Below are positions 31,604-43,236 of a stretch of DNA of 64,000 nt, one piece after another. The notes beneath the pieces are model-generated. The model was not told where the DNA came from, did not search any database, and saw only the letters and a program-made list of their open reading frames with translations. The position numbers and the translations under genes are program-made. Source of the stretch: an uncultured Chthonomonadaceae bacterium (GTDB taxonomy: Bacteria > Armatimonadota > Chthonomonadetes > Chthonomonadales > Chthonomonadaceae); NCBI GenBank assembly GCA_963835065.1, contig CAWIEK010000042.1:32001-96000 (forward strand), written 5' to 3'. Each line of letters opens with the position of its first letter. The first letter of the stretch is position 1.

Positions 31604-33230
31604 ATGTGCCGTCGCAAGCTGTGTTCGAGACTGGCGTTGACTGCGATGTTTGGAGCGTTCCTGGCAGTCGGGGGCGCGCGGGCGAGGCAGGGCGCAGACG
31701 CCGGATAAAGCCAATACCCCCCTGCTCCATACCTGGCTTACGCGCTATTCGGGGCAGTACGCCCGCGTGGTGGAAACAAAGGGCGGCAAGCCTGTCGCAA
31801 CATGGCCGTCCGCCGGCCTGCGCAGGATGGGCGGCGGACAGGCATTGCCCGCGTATTCCGACATACAGCAAATCGGCATATCCGGCGAGTACGTTTATAT
31901 CAACGGCAGCGGCCTTGCCAGTCACCAAATGGGACCCTGGTACGACGAGTTGGGCAACATCTTCGGCAACTGGCCCACGAATTTGAACTACATCCGCCGC
32001 TTTCCCCTGCATCCGAAAGTGGAAGCCGTCAAGGTGACGAATGGATTGGGGCCGTTGGGGCTGTGGGTGAACGGCGTGGCGCTGTTCAATCAACTGGATG
32101 GTTTTGCCTACAACCCGCTCACTCATTCCGAACCGCAGGGTCCGCCACAGCAGGGCCAGCAGAACACGGGCAACGCGCTTTGGGTGCGCAACGCGGTTTT
32201 GGTGGAGCAGCCGACGTTCGACAAGTCCAACGCGCATCAGCCGCCCAATGGCGAATACCACTACCATGCCAACCCGGTCGGATTGCGTTACCAACTCGGC
32301 GACAACGTTGCTTTGGATGCCGCGACAGGCAATTACCGGGAAAACACTTCCAAATTGCATCATTCGCCGATTCTGGGATGGTCGAATGATGGTTTTCCGA
32401 TTTATGGGCCGTATGCTTATGCCGAGCCGAAAAATCCTGCGAGTAGCGTTCGGCGCATGGTGTCCGGGTTTGTGTTGCGAGATGGCGGACACCATACCGA
32501 CGACCTGCGCAAAACAGGCCGTCGCGCGCTGGCAAAGTGGGCGGCAGACCTGCATAAAACCCCTGTGACGCTGGCGGAAAACCAGTACGGCCCGGATGTG
32601 TCCGCGCGCTACCAATTAGGCCGCTATTGCGAGGATTTCGACTTTTTGGGAGACCGGGGTGAAACGCAGGGCAAAGACTTCGATCTGGACATTTACAACG
32701 GGCGCTTTTGCGTGACGCCGGAGTTTCCGGGCGGCACGTATGCCTACTTCGTGACCATTGACGCGAAAGGAGCGCCGGCCTACCCCTATGTCATTGGGCG
32801 GCAATGGTACGGCGTACCGAGCGGCGGCGACGTTCGGCGCTTGACGGAAACCGTGACGATGCTCACGGACGCGGGGCCGGGAGCCGCCACGCAATGCAAA
32901 GCGGAAGCCTCAGCGGGCGGCAAACAGCTCACATGGAACTCCGTCGAAGGCGGGCATTACCGCGTGGAAGGTTCGCAGGACGGAACGCAGTGGAAAATTC
33001 TGCGCCCGGATGTGCCGAGCGCGGGGCTGTCCACGCGCTGCGCTTTGACGGCAGGCGCGGACGCAAACTATGCAAAGTACCGCGTAGTTCTCGTCACGCT
33101 GGAACCCTACGATGCCATCGGCAGCCGCAACGGCCCGAACGGCGGGCAGGGCGGGCCTCCCGGCAGGAATGGCGGACAAGGCGGCCCACCTCCTGTGAGA
33201 AACGGCGGCCCAGGACAACCGAATCTATAG
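31604..33230 (+). CDS. YHYH domain secreted protein (frameshift near 31685 separates the signal peptide)
   Basis: AGGAGG RBS and MCRRKL...LTAMFGAFLAVG signal; NGVALFN, GEYHYH, HSPILGW..DGFPIYGPY, LD.YNGRFCVTPEFP.GTYAYF. Confidence 0.85.
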
Positions 33231-33248
33231 CATCAACGAACCAAAAGC

Positions 33249-35159
33249 ATGACTATGCGCGTATCCAGCATTTTCCTCATAGCCTTGTTATGCGCGTTCG
33301 CTGCGCCGACGGGAGCGGGGCGCGTTGCCTCCAAAACGGCAGCGCATGTCCGGCTGACCGTTCACATCGCGCATTTGTTCGACGGCAGGCCGCTGCGCAT
33401 GGAGGATGTCAGCCTGCGCAACGGGGCGGGGAATACGCTTTCGGTTACGCGGCTGGCGTATCTGGTCTCCGATGTCACGCTGCGCAGGGCGAACGGCGCA
33501 TCGGTTACGCTTGCAGGGCAGACGGCCTATGTAAATCCCGCCGAAGGGCGCGAGGCGTTTACGCTGACGGATGTTCCGGCAGGCCATTATGTGGGGCTTG
33601 CGTTTCACGTCGGCCTGCTGCCCAAAATCAATCATTCCGACCCGTCCCGCTATGCCGCCGACAGCCCCCTGCACCCGCTGGTAAATCGGCTGCATTGGGG
33701 CTGGCAGGGCGGGTACGTGTTTCTGGCATTGGAGGGGCGGTACGAGCAGCCGGGCGGAAGATTGGGCGGCTACTCGTACCATCTGGCGACAGACCGAAAT
33801 TTGATGCGCGTTCGGCTGGCGCGGAATTTCCGAGTGGAGCAGGACAGCGCCCTGCATCTTGCCTTTGATGTGGCAAAAGTGTTGGCGGGCGCGTCTTTGA
33901 TTGTTATTGAGGCGAAAAACGGCGGTGACACGACCCATTCTGCGCCCGGAGACAAGCTGGCCGCGCATTTAACCGCCAATGTGGAGCAAGCATTTCGATT
34001 TCAGGGCATCTTTTCAACCCGCCCAATCACTTCTGGAACGTCTTCTTCTGCACTATCCCTATCACTTACCCCGGCAACTAACTCTGCAAATTTCTCTTCA
34101 ATTTCGTCTGCAAAGCCTTCCAATGACAAAGCGGGTGGGCGGCGGGCGGCAGGAACAGGGCGCGTCACGCCCCTAGCTTCACGCGCCACGCCTTATGCTT
34201 TCCCCACGCCCGCGCATTTCCCGCAGCCGCTGCTGCCTGCCGATAATCCCCTCACGCTACAGGGTATCGCGTTGGGCAAAACCCTGTTCTTTGAGCCGAA
34301 ATTATCCGGCAACAATTCGCAATCCTGCGCAAGCTGCCACCAGCCGGAACACGCTTTTGCCCACGCCGGCAAGTCGGTCAGCGCGGGCATTGACGGCAAG
34401 CTGGGAACGCGCCGCAGTATGCCCCTGTTCAATCTGGCGTGGCAATCCGCGTTTACGTGGGACGGGCGGCGTACCCGACTGCGCGATCAGGTTCTGGCTC
34501 CCGTTCAGGACGCCCGCGAAATGCGCCAATCCCTGCCGCAAGCCGTCGCCAAACTGCGCAATGACCCCAAATACCCGAAACTGTTCGCGCAGGCGTTCGG
34601 CAGTCCCGATATTTCCGCCGAGCGCATCGGATTGGCCGTAGAGCAGTACCTGCTGACGCTGGTTTCCGCAAACGCGAAATTTGACCGCGCGTTACGAGGC
34701 GAAGCGCAGTTTACGGACGAGGAAAAACGTGGCCTCTTGCTATTCGTCACCGAGTACGATCCGGCGCGGGGTAAAACAGGCGCGGACTGCTTCCACTGTC
34801 ACGGCGGCAACCTGTTCACCGATTACCAGTTCCGCAACAACGGATTGGACGCGCAATTCAAGGACGGCGGGCGGTTTCTGGTGACGGGGCGGAGCGCGGA
34901 CAGGGGCAAGTTCAAAACGCCTTCCCTGCGCAATGCAGCGTTGACCGCGCCCTACATGCACGATGGACGCTTCCGCAGCCTGGAAGACGTAGTACGGCAC
35001 TACAGCGCGGGCGTTCGGCGCAGCGACACGCTGGACCCCAACATCGCCAAGCATCCCGACGAGGGCATGGCGCTTTCCGATGAAGATGTTCGCGCTCTCG
35101 TCGCCTTCTTAAAGACGCTGACCGACGCGCCCTGGCGTTCCCCTGCTACAGAAAAATGA
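33249..35159 (+). CDS. MbnP-family copper-binding domain fused to an MbnH-like di-heme cytochrome c peroxidase-family domain
   Basis: NHSDP...HWGWQGGYVF (WxW); NPLT...LGK.LFF, CASCH, WDGR, CFHCH and FKTPSLRN..LTAPYMHDG. Confidence 0.85.
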   Translation: MTMRVSSIFLIALLCAFAAPTGAGRVASKTAAHVRLTVHIAHLFDGRPLRMEDVSLRNGAGNTLSVTRLAYLVSDVTLRRANGASVTLAGQTAYVNPAEGREAFTLTDVPAGHYVGLAFHVGLLPKINHSDPSRYAADSPLHPLVNRLHWGWQGGYVFLALEGRYEQPGGRLGGYSYHLATDRNLMRVRLARNFRVEQDSALHLAFDVAKVLAGASLIVIEAKNGGDTTHSAPGDKLAAHLTANVEQAFRFQGIFSTRPITSGTSSSALSLSLTPATNSANFSSISSAKPSNDKAGGRRAAGTGRVTPLASRATPYAFPTPAHFPQPLLPADNPLTLQGIALGKTLFFEPKLSGNNSQSCASCHQPEHAFAHAGKSVSAGIDGKLGTRRSMPLFNLAWQSAFTWDGRRTRLRDQVLAPVQDAREMRQSLPQAVAKLRNDPKYPKLFAQAFGSPDISAERIGLAVEQYLLTLVSANAKFDRALRGEAQFTDEEKRGLLLFVTEYDPARGKTGADCFHCHGGNLFTDYQFRNNGLDAQFKDGGRFLVTGRSADRGKFKTPSLRNAALTAPYMHDGRFRSLEDVVRHYSAGVRRSDTLDPNIAKHPDEGMALSDEDVRALVAFLKTLTDAPWRSPATEK

Positions 35160-35227
35160 AGAGGAATTAACAGAAGGGAGTTAGCGATTTATTCAGGTAG
35201 TATATGCCGGTTCAACGCAGACACTCT

Positions 35228-36649
35228 TTACTTGTTTGCCAGGCGAGGACGAATGGCAAGGGCAAGATCGTTGCCCAGGCAGGGCAATGTCCAGTGCAAA
35301 ACGCCGTTTTCGTTTGCGCTTGCCGTAAGTTGGCCTTCGGCGCAGCCTTCGCGGGTGTTCCACAGGGTGATGGCGTAGGGGCCGGGGGTCATATTGCGCA
35401 GCGACATGGGGAACGGCTCGGTTGACTCGCATGATTTTAGCAGGCCAGGGGCGTTGCGAAGCGGTTTGCCGCGCAGCAGGTACAAGACCGCCTGCAAGCC
35501 GTCCGAAATGCCGAACGCAAGCGCGTTTTTGGCCTGTATCCGAATGTCGCCTGCCGCTTCGCGGGGCGCGAAATGCCGCCACGCAATCAGGCGCGTGAAC
35601 GCGGCCATGCTGCCCAACCCGTTCTTCATTCCTTCCGTCAGTTCGTGTGGATGGCGAGCCGGCCAGCGCATCCCGCTTCCCGCGCCGCCGCAGGCCAGGT
35701 GCGCCCACGTCATGTGCCGCTCGTATTCGTCGTCGAACGCTTCCGGCAGCGTCTTTTTATGGTCGTTGAACAGATGGATGGGGCCGTGTTCGCTGTCGGT
35801 GAAGGGACGGTTGGGCAGGGTTCGCTCCCGTCCGTAGCGCGTCCATTGCGCCATCGCCGCCGCAGATGTGACCGTGTTGCGGGGATAATCTATCGCGCCC
35901 TTGCTGTAAATATGCGTGGTCGCAAAATCAAGGCTTGGATGCCGAAATACGAGTTCTTCATAACCGGGTTCGGGATCGGGGCCGAACACGGAAACGGTCT
36001 GCGGGCGCGTAAACCCGTACAAACGCAATTCTTTTTCCCGCACGGCTTCGGAAATGCGGGCAATCACCGACGCCTGATGCTCCGGCGAGCCGCCCCAGTG
36101 CGGATGAATTTCATTGTGCAAATCCCACGCGGCAATGGTTCCATCCTGCCCCCAGCGCTCGATAACAAAATGGAAGCGGCGAATGGTCGCCTGTATCATG
36201 GCTTCGCTTTGCAGCACATCCTGCGCGTTATGCGCCGGGCCGCCGTTTTCAACATGGTACGGAAGTTTGTGCCAGCGCCGCGACATCCAGAACGTGTCCC
36301 AGGGCGTGAGCAGGACGCGCAGGCCGTATTCCCGGCAGCGCGACAGCAAATCATCCCAAAACATGATCATGTGCGGGTTGAACGTGCCGAGGGGTTTTTC
36401 CAGCAGATGACTGTCAAAATGCGCGTATTCCAGCATCAGGCGCAGCGTGTTGATGCCTTTTGCCGCCAATCCCTGCAAATACATTTCGACCGTCGCCACA
36501 TCCTTGCGCCGGTACAAACCTTTGAGGGTCGGCCAGGAGATGGCGTCATTGAAGCCGATGAACAAAAACGGCTGACCGTCCAGGGTTTCAAAATACCGCC
36601 CGGATGGAGCCACGCGAATCGGGGACAGAACACGCTCAGACAAAAGCAA
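35228..36649 (-). CDS. clan-A glycoside hydrolase-like protein (GH5/DUF4038-like)
   Basis: GRYFET.DGQPF..IG.N, GINTLR, AWDLHNE (acid/base) and FTDSEHG (nucleophile); start uncertain. Confidence 0.65.
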   Translation of the reverse strand: MLLSERVLSPIRVAPSGRYFETLDGQPFLFIGFNDAISWPTLKGLYRRKDVATVEMYLQGLAAKGINTLRLMLEYAHFDSHLLEKPLGTFNPHMIMFWDDLLSRCREYGLRVLLTPWDTFWMSRRWHKLPYHVENGGPAHNAQDVLQSEAMIQATIRRFHFVIERWGQDGTIAAWDLHNEIHPHWGGSPEHQASVIARISEAVREKELRLYGFTRPQTVSVFGPDPEPGYEELVFRHPSLDFATTHIYSKGAIDYPRNTVTSAAAMAQWTRYGRERTLPNRPFTDSEHGPIHLFNDHKKTLPEAFDDEYERHMTWAHLACGGAGSGMRWPARHPHELTEGMKNGLGSMAAFTRLIAWRHFAPREAAGDIRIQAKNALAFGISDGLQAVLYLLRGKPLRNAPGLLKSCESTEPFPMSLRNMTPGPYAITLWNTREGCAEGQLTASANENGVLHWTLPCLGNDLALAIRPRLANK

Positions 36650-36747
36650 CGGCCTCCTGTGCAGGGTAACATTTCGCTACCATTACGCAAAAGGCCGCGC
36701 GCTGTTTGCCCGCAAAACGCACTTAAGTAGGAAAATATGCCGAAGGT

Positions 36748-37011
36748 TTACTTTACCGCTTTCGGTAGTCGCCGCAGGTTGACAACCGCGCTGATGATAC
36801 GCGCCGCGCCAAACCCGATCAGAACAACAATGATAAAGCCCAATCCCGCGTCAATGTGCTTCGGGTGTTTACTCCCCAAAAATAAAGGCAGCGCATAGAT
36901 CATGCCGCCCGCCACAATGGAACACACGCCTAAAAACATATAGGCATAGCACATCAGCGCAAACATCTGCCGACTCATCTGCCGGTTCCCCGGCAACCTT
37001 CTCTGGTTCAT
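36748..37011 (-). CDS. small two-TM membrane protein
   Basis: 87 aa with two hydrophobic helices, directly downstream of pyrG. Confidence 0.6.
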   Translation of the reverse strand: MNQRRLPGNRQMSRQMFALMCYAYMFLGVCSIVAGGMIYALPLFLGSKHPKHIDAGLGFIIVVLIGFGAARIISAVVNLRRLPKAVK

Positions 37012-37023
37012 GAATTTACAGCC

Positions 37024-38823
<1,800 letters not shown>

Positions 38824-39017
38824 TCAAACCGTACCCCGCGCGCCAAAAACAAACAAAAAGAAAGCCACGCAGGAGTCCTCCTGCATGGCCCAATATTAGT
38901 ATAGCGCAAAATGTACGGGAATACAAGCATAGGTTGAAGGGATAAGTGGTAAGGGATAAGGAGAAGACAGCAGACAGAAACCCAACACCCGGTACCCAAC
39001 ACCTAACACCCTCCTGC

Positions 39018-39221
39018 TCAATTTTCATCTATGCGCTCGTACTCGACGTTGTTGAGCTTCAGGTATTCCAGCAGGGCTTCCTCTAAGACGAACACGCCGT
39101 TGGGAAGCGCCTGCAATTTGCCCCCGGTCTTTTGCATCAGGAGCATGTAGGCGCGGGTGGCGTCCTTGCCGAGTATGCGAATCCGCGCCTGCCCTTTTTT
39201 CTGCTGTTGATACTGTGGCAT
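39018..39221 (-). CDS. small hypothetical protein (67 aa)
   Basis: GGGAG RBS and typical codon usage; no family recognised. Confidence 0.55.
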   Translation of the reverse strand: MPQYQQQKKGQARIRILGKDATRAYMLLMQKTGGKLQALPNGVFVLEEALLEYLKLNNVEYERIDEN

Positions 39222-39452
39222 CGTTGTCTCCCTTCCTGCCCGCGAAAAACAATGGCGAAAAAACTACAAATAATTCGGGAACGTTCTCACAGGCTTATAC
39301 GTCCTACGGGCAATCCTATCCGCGCTTTGCAAGAACCTTGATGTTTTGCAGGCGGGTACTCACTGACGGTAACAACTCAATTCACAATGTCGCGAACGAA
39401 AGCCGCCACCTTCCCTGACTGCGTGAATGAAAAATGAAAGAGGGTTAATCAC

Positions 39453-39611
39453 ATGGCTGGTATTTTGTGGACGGTTATTTCCATTCTGTTCGTCATCTGG
39501 CTGCTGGGCCTCGTGCTTCACTTCGGCGGAGCGCTGATCCATATCGCCCTTGTCGTCGCTCTTGTGCTGGTGGTGTACAACCTGCTGACCAAAGGCAAAG
39601 CGACCTTATAA
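39453..39611 (+). CDS. lmo0937/DUF5670-family small membrane protein (52 aa; not in the ORF track)
   Basis: MAGILWTVISILFVIWLLGLVLHFGGALIHIALVVALVLVVYNLLTKGKATL with GAGGG RBS. Confidence 0.85.
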   Translation: MAGILWTVISILFVIWLLGLVLHFGGALIHIALVVALVLVVYNLLTKGKATL

Positions 39612-39641
39612 CCAAACGTTCGCATCGCAGACTTTAATAAT

Positions 39642-39681
39642 CGGAGGGGGAACCTAATCGTTCTTCCTCCGGTTTTCGTTT
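39642..39681 (+). terminator. putative intrinsic terminator
   Basis: CGGAGGGGGAAC...GTTCTTCCTCCG stem followed by GTTTTCGTTT. Confidence 0.55.
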
Positions 39682-39682
39682 G

Positions 39683-39775
39683 GAGCCACTCCTAATAGGC
39701 CGGGGCTTTGCAATCCCCGGCAGGAAAGTACAAGCGTTCTGCGGACGCAAATGCCGCGCCTATCGGGAGTGGCTC
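39683..39775. repeat. REP/MITE-like palindromic element
   Basis: 18-bp terminal inverted repeats with 16/18 match (GAGCCACTCC..ATAGGC) enclosing a GCCGGGG..TTGCAA.CCCCGGC hairpin and a second GCAA-loop hairpin. Confidence 0.6.
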
Positions 39776-39805
39776 TTAGCGAGGCAATAAGCCCACAAAC
39801 AATTG

Positions 39806-41512
39806 TTAATCGAAAACAAGCAGGGAAACGGCTTGGCGCGGCAATTTGAAATGAAGCGTGGCTTTGCTGGAAGCAACGCCCACTTTTGAGGCAGGTTCCA
39901 GCAGAGTCAGTTTACCCGATGCTTCCAACTGCGTCTGCTGCGCGGGTGTGGGCGTTTGTGGCGAACCCATGCGCTGCCATGCTGTGTAAGCGTTGCTGTG
40001 CGTCTGGTCAATGCGGTAGTGGGTGACGCGCATGGAGTTTTTGCCGGTCAGTCCGTTTACGTCGAGCGTCACGTCGGCGTCGGGGCCGGGCACGTCGTCA
40101 TCGTGATAGTGCCAGACGAGAACCGAGACTTTGCGCCCCTGCGCGCTTGCCAACACCGCCACATCCGGGGCCGTCCGTACTCCCTCTTTGAGAATGGTAT
40201 CTAACGGCACACTCGCGGAACTGTCCGATGCAATCCGCTGCCCGCCCATTTTGCCCAACATGCGAAACACATTGAACACGGGCAGATCAATGCCGTTCGT
40301 CGCCATCACGCGGAAACCGGCAAAATACGGCTGCTTCTCGAACTCGAATGCCCACGTCAGCGCCCCCTCGAAGTTAACGCCGTGCCTGTCAGCCAAATCG
40401 TACTCGCGGGCAATGCTGGCTGCCGTATAACTGGCGTACATCGTGCCGTTGCGGTAGCCCAACTGCGGTCCCTGACAGGCGGCGCAGCCATCCGGGTCGG
40501 ATTCGCCAATCACAATCGGCGTATTTTTCAGTTCGGGAAACGAGGCGATGGTGGCAAAGCCGGTGTCAATGTTGCGCAGTTGGTTGGCAATGCCCATACG
40601 CACATGCCCGTTTTCAAAAGTCGGTGCGCCTTTGGCATGGAACGAGACGAAATCCAGCGGCGTTCCCTGCTGTCCCGTCGCGTAATTTGTTCCATGCAGG
40701 CAATGCGCAAAGAAATCGCGCATGAACTTGCCGCCACTGCCCGCCATATCCGGCCCGCCCATGCGGGCTGTCGGCAGAGCGCGGCGCACCGCATCCGTCG
40801 CCACATCGTGCAATCGGTGAAACTCTTCCGGGGTTCCGCGCCAGTACCCGATGTTGGGTTCGTTCCACACTTCCCAATACCAATGTTCCACTTCCGCGCG
40901 CCCATATTTCTCCACGCAATGCCGCGCCCACTGATACACGAGTTCGCCCCACTTCGCGTAATCTTTGGGCGGATACGCCCATCCCGTATAAATTTCCTCG
41001 TACTTCGCTGAGGGAGTCCAGTGGTGCTGATACGGAACCGGCTTGACGGAGAGGGCTTCCGGCATAAACCCGATCTGCACATAAGGCTTCACGCCGCGCT
41101 GAAGATAGGTGTCGAAAATCCGATCCGTAAGTGTCCAGTCGTAAACCGGGTTGCCCTGCGCGTCTTCCGTGTACGCATTGGTGCTGCCCCATTTCAGCGC
41201 GGGCGTTCCATCCCCGGATGTGAGCAGATTGTGGGTGCGGAAATAGGGCGTGTGCGAACCGAGTTTGCCGATTTCACCAATCAGCTTTTTGCCGTCCTGC
41301 ATGTACGCATAGTTCGGCTCGTCGCAGCCAAAGAACCGCCACACGGGGCGCAGTTCGCCTCTAGTCTGCGCGGCATCTACATGAATGGCAACGGGAAAAG
41401 CATCGGTCATAGTCTTTAACGTGGGACGGGGCGCGGCCTGCCGCATGTAAGCCGCGCGGAGTGTGCCGCCAAGCATCATAAGGGAAGCCGCAAGCCACAG
41501 GGTAGAACGCAT
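39806..41512 (-). CDS. GH39 beta-xylosidase
   Basis: Signal peptide; RTHNLL, YDWT..DRIFD, WEVWNEP, PIVIGESDP and YRIDQTHSNAY..W..MGSP. Confidence 0.9.
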   Translation of the reverse strand: MRSTLWLAASLMMLGGTLRAAYMRQAAPRPTLKTMTDAFPVAIHVDAAQTRGELRPVWRFFGCDEPNYAYMQDGKKLIGEIGKLGSHTPYFRTHNLLTSGDGTPALKWGSTNAYTEDAQGNPVYDWTLTDRIFDTYLQRGVKPYVQIGFMPEALSVKPVPYQHHWTPSAKYEEIYTGWAYPPKDYAKWGELVYQWARHCVEKYGRAEVEHWYWEVWNEPNIGYWRGTPEEFHRLHDVATDAVRRALPTARMGGPDMAGSGGKFMRDFFAHCLHGTNYATGQQGTPLDFVSFHAKGAPTFENGHVRMGIANQLRNIDTGFATIASFPELKNTPIVIGESDPDGCAACQGPQLGYRNGTMYASYTAASIAREYDLADRHGVNFEGALTWAFEFEKQPYFAGFRVMATNGIDLPVFNVFRMLGKMGGQRIASDSSASVPLDTILKEGVRTAPDVAVLASAQGRKVSVLVWHYHDDDVPGPDADVTLDVNGLTGKNSMRVTHYRIDQTHSNAYTAWQRMGSPQTPTPAQQTQLEASGKLTLLEPASKVGVASSKATLHFKLPRQAVSLLVFD

Positions 41513-41653
41513 GTTTTCTCCAAACCACTATGCTGCTGCATAAACCTGCCCGCAGTAACCGGATTATACCTATTTCAATCTTTTTCCGGTTATTAGGCCT
41601 TCGGCCAATTGTCCTGCGGACAAAAAACTGTTGGCGTATTTAGCCCAAGTATA

Positions 41654-42781
41654 TTACGCAATTGCCGCCGCAGGTTCGTCTTCATTCGCTTCGTGCGGCG
41701 TTGTGAGGATGTCGTTTGCGGGCACGGCATGGCCTTCGGCTTGCAGCACGGAGTACAGGGCGGCTAAGGCCACTTCGGTCTGCTCGGCATCGGGTTCCCG
41801 CGTGGTCAGGTATTGCGTTGCCATGCCGGGCGCGAACGCGGCCATTACAAGCGGATTGCGCCGGAACTTGCCCGCGAACTTGATAATTTCATACGACGCG
41901 CCCGCCACCACCGGCACAACGGCGACTTGCAGCGCGAACCGGGCCAAAAAGAACGGAAAACGAGGCAGAAGGGCGACTACAATCAGGTCAATCAGCAGTA
42001 CGATAAATATGAAACTGGTTCCGCAGCGGGGATGAATCCGGCTGGCGGCAAGGGCGTTGTCGCGTGTCAGAGGCAGCCCGGCTTCCAGCGTGTTGATGGC
42101 TTTATGCTCCGCGCCGTGATATTGGAACACGCGCTTGATTTGCGCCATTTGCGAAATCAGGCCGATGTAGCCAAAGAAAATCGCCATGCGGATTACGCCA
42201 TCCAGCAGATTTAATTTCCGCCCGCTTGCCCCCGCACTGATCCACCCCAACTTTTGCAGCCCCGGCGTAATCAACGTCGGCAGCAGCTTGAACAGCACCA
42301 CCGCAAAGCACAAGCTAAAGATAATCGTGCCGCCAATGGCAATGTCGTTGATCTTGCCCATGCGGGTATCGGGTATCGGGTGTCGGGTGTCGGGTATTGG
42401 GATTGCCAATTGCTGATTGCCGATTGTGGATGCGGCTTCTTCCGTATTCCGTATTCCGTATTCCGTATTCTTTACTTCTGTCTTCTCTTGTTCCGCTTGA
42501 AGCTGGACATTGGAGGCATACGCGAGCGCGCGGGTTCCCAATGCCATCGCGTCAATGAGGGCGAACGTGCCTCTGATGAACGGCCATTTGAGAAACTTGA
42601 TTTTCGCCAGTTTGCCTAAAATGGTGTTGGCGACAGGTTCGCGCTGCACGACAATGGTTCCGTCAGGCTTGCGGCAGGCGACGGCAAAATAGTGCGGGCT
42701 GCGCATCATCACGCCTTCAATGACGGCCTGCCCGCCGTATTGCAGCAGTTCCTTGCTTTCCGGTTTCCCTGTAACGCTCAT
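41654..42781 (-). CDS. DUF1385 (YqhQ-like) membrane protein with a repeat-derived insertion
   Basis: YGGQAVIEGVMM, P.IRG, VFQYHGAEHK, HPRCGTSF and TTREP. Confidence 0.92.
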   Translation of the reverse strand: MSVTGKPESKELLQYGGQAVIEGVMMRSPHYFAVACRKPDGTIVVQREPVANTILGKLAKIKFLKWPFIRGTFALIDAMALGTRALAYASNVQLQAEQEKTEVKNTEYGIRNTEEAASTIGNQQLAIPIPDTRHPIPDTRMGKINDIAIGGTIIFSLCFAVVLFKLLPTLITPGLQKLGWISAGASGRKLNLLDGVIRMAIFFGYIGLISQMAQIKRVFQYHGAEHKAINTLEAGLPLTRDNALAASRIHPRCGTSFIFIVLLIDLIVVALLPRFPFFLARFALQVAVVPVVAGASYEIIKFAGKFRRNPLVMAAFAPGMATQYLTTREPDAEQTEVALAALYSVLQAEGHAVPANDILTTPHEANEDEPAAAIA

Positions 42782-42911
42782 TATGTGTATTCCGCGCCCT
42801 TCAGAGCCTATTAAAGTAGAAAAGCGCGTCTTCGTTCCGGGCGGAATGTCCGCGACGAGAAACAAAAACGCGCTTGTAACCAATCCTCAATCAGCAGCCA
42901 CCAGAAACAAG

Positions 42912-43157
42912 TTACTTCATTTTGTACTTCTGGAGGAACTTCTCGACGCGGCCTTCGGTGTCCACGATCTTCTGCTTGCCCGTGTAAAACGGGTGCGAGG
43001 CGGAAGAGATTTCGACGGTAATCAGCGGGTATTCGTTGCCGTCCTCCCACTTGATTCTTCTATCGGTTTTCACTGTCGAGCGGGTCAAAAACGAATAGCC
43101 GACGGACGTATCTTGAATCACGACCGGGCGGTATTCGGGATGAATATCGTTCTTCAT
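42912..43157 (-). CDS. rpmE2: 50S ribosomal protein L31 type B
   Basis: [28 protein letters not shown] and [22 protein letters not shown]; no Cys ligands. Confidence 0.93.
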   Translation of the reverse strand: MKNDIHPEYRPVVIQDTSVGYSFLTRSTVKTDRRIKWEDGNEYPLITVEISSASHPFYTGKQKIVDTEGRVEKFLQKYKMK

Positions 43158-43236
43158 GCGCTTTCCTTTCGGGTTCATTAGGTCAACGAATTATTATAGC
43201 CCGAATCCGGCCCGAAAAGCAAGCCGAATTCGCAAT

